Source of the DNA: a virus
Virus genome (UHGV): UHGV-0190812
Direction: 5' to 3' (one strand)
DNA: 18,962 nucleotides
The notes under the pieces are model-generated. The model saw nothing but the letters and a program-made list of their open reading frames with translations, was not told where the DNA came from and searched no databases. Positions within the stretch are counted from its first letter, which is position 1; each line of letters starts with the position of its first letter. Made by a program: the position numbers and the translations under genes. Of this stretch, positions 15,565-18,962 are shown piece by piece.

Positions 15565-15693
15565 AACGCTTATATTTCATGTAAATCTGATATCGTCGCC
15601 ATAGCTTTGTTGGTCGACAAAGAATTAACAGCCTCGCCATCGTGCGGGGCTTTTACTTTACATGCTGTGAACACAAAAAAAGTAACTTTTATG

Positions 15694-15722
15694 TTGATGT
15701 AGAAGCACTTCATGCGTAATAT
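15694..15722 (+). promoter_or_regulatory. candidate late promoter pR'
   Basis: TTGATG (15694-15699), 17-nt spacer, TAATAT (15717-15722), about 130 bp downstream of the Q stop. Confidence 0.4.
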
Positions 15723-16367
15723 TTCGCGCCATCATGTTTACGAACAGATATCAAATTGAAATTAGCGCGAAAGACTTGTCATTCTGATCTACATTCGTTA
15801 GGTTGGATGAGCAGACAGTACTTATCGGACTGCTAAGGAAGCGAAATGCAAAACATTCAAGCAAAAGTTACTTATTTCATGGCCTTTGTCGTAGTACCCG
15901 TCTGGGGTGTATGGATGTGTTCGCTCGTTAAATAATCGATCAATCAGTTTCTTCTTAAAATTCCAAGGTTTTCTATTCCTTATCCAGTTACAATGTTGCC
16001 GAATCTAACGATCTGCGCAGACGTTGGGTAACTTTAACTGGCATAAGGTGCACTTTATCGACGAAACTCCAAACACTGCTTCCGGAACAAAAGTCTGGGT
16101 TCTCAACTTTATGGTTGGGATAACTATGTTAGTTGTAGGCTTTTTCGGTACACGCTTGATTAACCAAGTTGATGATATTGATAAGTCTCTCCAGACGACA
16201 CGAGAAGTACAGGCGGCCCAAACAGAAATTATTAAAGGTCTTCAGCGCGACCTTGATAAAAAAGGGCAAGACATTGAAAAACTTAAAAACGATGTTGATC
16301 GCCTGAAAGAAATCAACGCTGAATTGAAGGCGAAGCTGAAAGTATCCAGCACGCTAGATACCTCGAA

Positions 16368-16395
16368 GGTCGCCGATGGCGGCCTTTTTTTGTTT
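16368..16395 (+). terminator. intrinsic terminator (first of tandem pair, tR'-like)
   Basis: GGTCGCC-GAT-GGCGGCC stem (one G-U pair) followed by TTTTTTTGTTT. Confidence 0.55.
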
Positions 16396-16422
16396 CTAAG
16401 CACTTTGCGTTACCCTCACATT

Positions 16423-16448
16423 GCCAGCCTGTCGCTGGCTTTTTTATT
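16423..16448 (+). terminator. intrinsic terminator (second of tandem pair)
   Basis: GCCAGC-CTGTC-GCTGGC perfect 6-bp stem followed by TTTTTTATT. Confidence 0.65.
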
Positions 16449-16550
16449 CCAGGCTTGTGGGGATCTTCAACTCCGTGCTTTGTCGTTAAATTACCCCGTG
16501 AGTCTGTTCCCTATCATTTAGAGTCCCGATCATCCGTCGGCGGCAAAATC

Positions 16551-16868
16551 ATGGCTATTCATATGCACGAAAAAGAGAGCATTGCCGGGATGTCCTGGCT
16601 CGTTCTGCTGATCTTCGCGTGCTGGGGCGGGCTTGTCCGTTACCTGATTGATGTGAAGCAGAGCAAAGCAACATGGAGCTGGATTAATGCTCTGGCTCAG
16701 ATAGTGGTATCGGGTTTTACCGGTGTTATTGGTGGCCTGATAAGTATCGAAAGCGGATTTAGCATTTACATGATTCTCGCCACAGCAGGGATCAGCGGTG
16801 CAATGGGTTCAGTTGCGCTGACTTACTTCTGGGAACGACTGACAGGGGTGAAAAATGCAAAACCTTAA
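16551..16868 (+). CDS. putative holin (about 105 aa, multiple TM segments)
   Basis: Directly upstream of and overlapping the endolysin gene. Hydrophobic segments WLVLLIFACWGGLV, IVVSGFTGVIGGLISI, IYMILATAGISGAMGSVALTYF. Several in-frame Met codons near the start (M1, M5, M14), compatible with holin/antiholin dual starts. Not similar to lambda S as I recall it. Confidence 0.6.
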   Translation: MAIHMHEKESIAGMSWLVLLIFACWGGLVRYLIDVKQSKATWSWINALAQIVVSGFTGVIGGLISIESGFSIYMILATAGISGAMGSVALTYFWERLTGVKNAKP

Positions 16869-17331
16869 TCCTCAGCGTAAAGCCTTCCTCGATATGCTGG
16901 CGTGGTCAGAAGGAACTGATAACGGATGGCAGAAGACCAGAAATCATGGTTATGACGTTATCGTTGGTGGCGAACTGCTTACTGATTACTCCGATCATCC
17001 ACGTAAGCTGGTTACGCTTAACCCGAAACTGAAATCCACCGCCGCCGGGCGTTATCAACTGCTGTCGAAATGGTGGGACGCCTACCGTAAACAGCTTGGA
17101 CTGAAAGATTTCTCCCCGAAAAGCCAGGATGCGGTGGCGTTACAGCAGATTAAAGAACGCGGCGCGCTGCCGCTGATTGATCGGGGTGATATTCGTCAGG
17201 CTATTGATCGTTGCAGCAATATTTGGGCTTCATTGCCCGGTGCTGGCTACGGTCAGTATGAACACAAGATCGATAGTCTGATTGCCAAATTCAAAGAAGC
17301 TGGCGGGGTGGTTAATGAAACTTCGCTATAA
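16855..17331 (+). CDS. R: endolysin R (lambda-type lytic transglycosylase)
   Basis: 158-aa translation near-identical to lambda R as recalled (NQRKAFLDMLAWSEGTDNG.QKTRNHGYDVIVGGEL.TDYSDHPRKLVTLNPKLKST.AGRYQLLS.WWDAYRKQLGLKDFSPKSQDAVALQQIKERGALP...). Confidence 0.95.
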   Translation: MQNLNPQRKAFLDMLAWSEGTDNGWQKTRNHGYDVIVGGELLTDYSDHPRKLVTLNPKLKSTAAGRYQLLSKWWDAYRKQLGLKDFSPKSQDAVALQQIKERGALPLIDRGDIRQAIDRCSNIWASLPGAGYGQYEHKIDSLIAKFKEAGGVVNETSL

Positions 17332-17707
17332 GCTGGTTATTTCTGCTTTCCTCCTGACTTTATTCGGTTCTCTCGTCTGGTCAGCTAACCACTACCACAG
17401 CAAATACCAGCGCGAAAAGAAACGTGCTGATGAGGCTGTACAAAATGCCGAATCGGCAACCGCTATTACCAATAACGTCCTGCAATCACTGCAAATCGTC
17501 AATACAGTTCTGGAGGCTAACCAGCATGCAAAACAGCAGATCGCACTGGAGTCACAGAGAACCCAGGCTGATATCAAAGTGGCTGTTGCGGATGATGATT
17601 GTGCTGTACGCCCTGTGCCTGCTGCCGCTGCTGACCGGTTGCGAAAGTTCGCGGACAGTTTACGTGCCAGTTCCGGCTATACCGTTACCGGCGAGTCTGA
17701 CCGCTGA
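17315..17707 (+). CDS. Rz: Rz-like i-spanin
   Basis: ATG at 17315 with GGGGTGG Shine-Dalgarno, overlapping the R stop. N-terminal TM segment (LVISAFLLTLFGSLVWSANHY, compare lambda Rz ...CLSWAVNHY) followed by a charged helical periplasmic domain. Confidence 0.6.
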   Translation: MKLRYKLVISAFLLTLFGSLVWSANHYHSKYQREKKRADEAVQNAESATAITNNVLQSLQIVNTVLEANQHAKQQIALESQRTQADIKVAVADDDCAVRPVPAAAADRLRKFADSLRASSGYTVTGESDR

Positions 17708-17867
17708 AACCCCGCAACCAGCCATTTCTGAACCGCTGACTTATGCGGGTAGCCTAGATTTGAATGTCAGTCTGTTGTCGGCGCTAGGGCAGTGCAATCT
17801 GGATAAAGCGGGGATCAGAAGGATAGAGGCGAGCCGGTCAGGTAGAAGTGAATCAGGCTCAAAGTGA
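17592..17867 (+). CDS. Rz1: Rz1-like o-spanin lipoprotein (overlapped architecture)
   Basis: +1-frame ORF starting inside Rz. MMIVLYALCLLPLLTGC lipobox followed by a Pro-rich segment (VPVPAIPLPASLTAETPQP). Runs 160 nt past the Rz stop, hence overlapped rather than embedded. Confidence 0.5.
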   Translation: MMIVLYALCLLPLLTGCESSRTVYVPVPAIPLPASLTAETPQPAISEPLTYAGSLDLNVSLLSALGQCNLDKAGIRRIEASRSGRSESGSK

Positions 17868-18237
17868 AGCGGAAAAGGTCTTCGGCATAAGGTGACGTAG
17901 TAATAATTACAGTCAACTGACTTTTGGAACGAAGCATGTTGAACCTCCTTAATTGATGTTATTTGAGTGAGGAAGGCATTCTGTCCTTCTAAAGTGTCAC
18001 CTAAATCATGTAGGCAACTCGTCCAACGCGTTGGACATGCCTCCCCATTAGTGAGTCGTATTGATTGCGACTCTTCAAAGAATTCATTACTGGAGATATG
18101 AAAATGGTTTCACTACGTATGGAGGAGGCTGTGTTTATCAGTCCCGCAGGTATTCAATGGGTGCCTGCAATAATGTTTGTGGCGGTAAACGTGTCGTGAT
18201 GGGATTTTGGTGTCTCGAAAGCAAAGGAGACACCAAA

Positions 18238-18432
18238 ATGAACTATTCAAACATTATCTGCCCAACCAACCGTCTGCAGGTGACCATTCTGCATGAAAAA
18301 GATGTGCTGACTGGTATCGGTGATGCCATCGGCGAATTGCACACATACCAATGTTCACGGGAGCACGTGTGCAGCTATAGAGAAACGACGGAATGTATTG
18401 TAAGAAAGCGGGAGATTCTTCAAAACAGGTAA
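18238..18432 (+). CDS. hypothetical small Cys-containing protein (64 aa)
   Basis: ATG at 18238 with AAGGAG 8 nt upstream; followed by a strong terminator. The track ORF (18061) extends upstream without a Shine-Dalgarno. Confidence 0.4.
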   Translation: MNYSNIICPTNRLQVTILHEKDVLTGIGDAIGELHTYQCSREHVCSYRETTECIVRKREILQNR

Positions 18433-18443
18433 GAACAATCAAA

Positions 18444-18471
18444 GCCATCGGTTATCAACCGGTGGCTTTTT
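18444..18471 (+). terminator. rho-independent terminator
   Basis: About 10-bp stem GCCATCGGTT / AACCGGTGGC (one G-U pair) with a 3-nt loop, followed by TTTTT. Confidence 0.55.
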
Positions 18472-18484
18472 CATTGGAGTAGAT

Positions 18485-18835
18485 ATGCCGCCACGAACAC
18501 CAAAAGCCTGCCGCGTTCGCGGTTGCCGCAATACCACTACTGACCCGTCAGGCTATTGTGAAAGCCATAAAAGCGAAGGCTGGAAGCAATACAAGCCAGG
18601 ACAATCCCGTCATCAGCGCGGTTATGGTTCGAAGTGGGATGTTATCCGCGTGCGTGTCCTGAAGCGTGACAAAGGCCTGTGTCAGCTATGTCTGCGTGCT
18701 GGTGTGGTGCGTGAGGCGAAAACTGTTGACCACATCATCCCTAAAGCGCATGGCGGCACTGATGTTGACAGTAATCTGCAGAGTCTGTGCTGGCTGTGTC
18801 ATAAGACGAAGACGGCCCGTGAACGGTTGAAGTGA
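18485..18835 (+). CDS. HNH endonuclease (packaging-associated type found next to cos/terminase)
   Basis: 116-aa ORF with Cys pairs CRVRGC, CESH, CQLC, CWLCH and the VDHIIPKAHGG...N HNH core; GGAG Shine-Dalgarno. Location just before a cos-like region is as in HK97-type phages. Confidence 0.85.
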   Translation: MPPRTPKACRVRGCRNTTTDPSGYCESHKSEGWKQYKPGQSRHQRGYGSKWDVIRVRVLKRDKGLCQLCLRAGVVREAKTVDHIIPKAHGGTDVDSNLQSLCWLCHKTKTARERLK

Positions 18836-18854
18836 TAATAATTCTCAACTTCCT

Positions 18855-18925
18855 GAGGGGAGGGGCGGGTCAAATCCCTGCGGCCTGACGTCTTCCGGAC
18901 TGCCCGCCCCATCGTTTTTTTATAC
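18855..18925 (+). other. GC-rich inverted repeat with T-run: terminator and/or cos packaging-site candidate
   Basis: GGGGCGGG (18861-18868) and CCCGCCCC (18902-18909) flank a 33-nt loop containing a GACGTC palindrome, followed by T(7). GGGCGG recalls the start of the lambda cohesive end. AGGAG lies near the window end, as for a following terminase gene. Confidence 0.3.
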
Positions 18926-18962
18926 CCGCGAAAAATGAAATTTAACCAGGAGTGCCGCATAT

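Noticed and set aside
16024-16521. 165-aa ORF in the Q-holin spacer as a single protein
   Set aside because: The track start is TTG, the first ATG (16111) has no Shine-Dalgarno, and the 3' third is translated straight through two canonical intrinsic terminators. Not called as a gene; kept as an open question in the findings.
17392-17577. Minus-strand 61-aa ORF inside Rz, and N-terminal extension of the Rz1 frame from 17424
   Set aside because: Antisense to the spanin genes; the Rz1 frame only becomes lipoprotein-like from the MMIVLYALCLLPLLTGC start at 17592.
18254-18448. Minus-strand 64-aa ORF opposite the small Cys-containing gene
   Set aside because: No RBS, and it overlaps a plus-strand ORF that has a strong AAGGAG and a downstream terminator.

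Overview
This window reads as the early-left, immunity, replication, nin, late-regulation and lysis region of a mosaic lambdoid (temperate, siphovirus-type) enterobacterial phage or prophage, ending at a probable packaging site. All calls rest on reading the six-frame translations against protein families recalled from memory; no database search was run. Layout: 62-592 Skp/OmpH-like protein (+); 1118-5111 minus-strand early-left operon (AlpA-like, two small unknowns, TraR/DksA zinc finger, phage Dam methylase, Red Exo/Bet/Gam near-identical to lambda, KilR-like); OL/pL near 5389-5431; an immunity-region operon on the minus strand (cI-like S24 repressor 6767-7459, then a 59-aa ORF and a 285-304-aa protein of unknown function, closed by a strong hairpin terminator at 5557-5594); OR/pR/pRM at 7462-7560; cro-like, YdaT-like (cII slot), lambda-type O with internal ori iterons, lambda P; a reverse-oriented AT-rich 115-aa moron; a ~2.4-kb cassette bracketed by ~98-bp direct repeats carrying a Bro-N protein, two small ORFs and an AT-rich 210-aa protein with a HEPN-like Rx4H motif; NinB, NinE-like, YbcO-like, RusA, YlcG, Q; a long Q-holin spacer with a candidate late promoter and tandem terminators; holin, lambda-type endolysin R, Rz/Rz1; a 64-aa ORF; HNH endonuclease; GC-rich hairpin/cos candidate. 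No integrase, N gene, nut sites, tRNA, rRNA or CRISPR array was found. The best candidates for undescribed biology are the repressor-linked two-gene cargo in the rexAB-equivalent slot and the repeat-flanked Bro-N/HEPN-like cassette.
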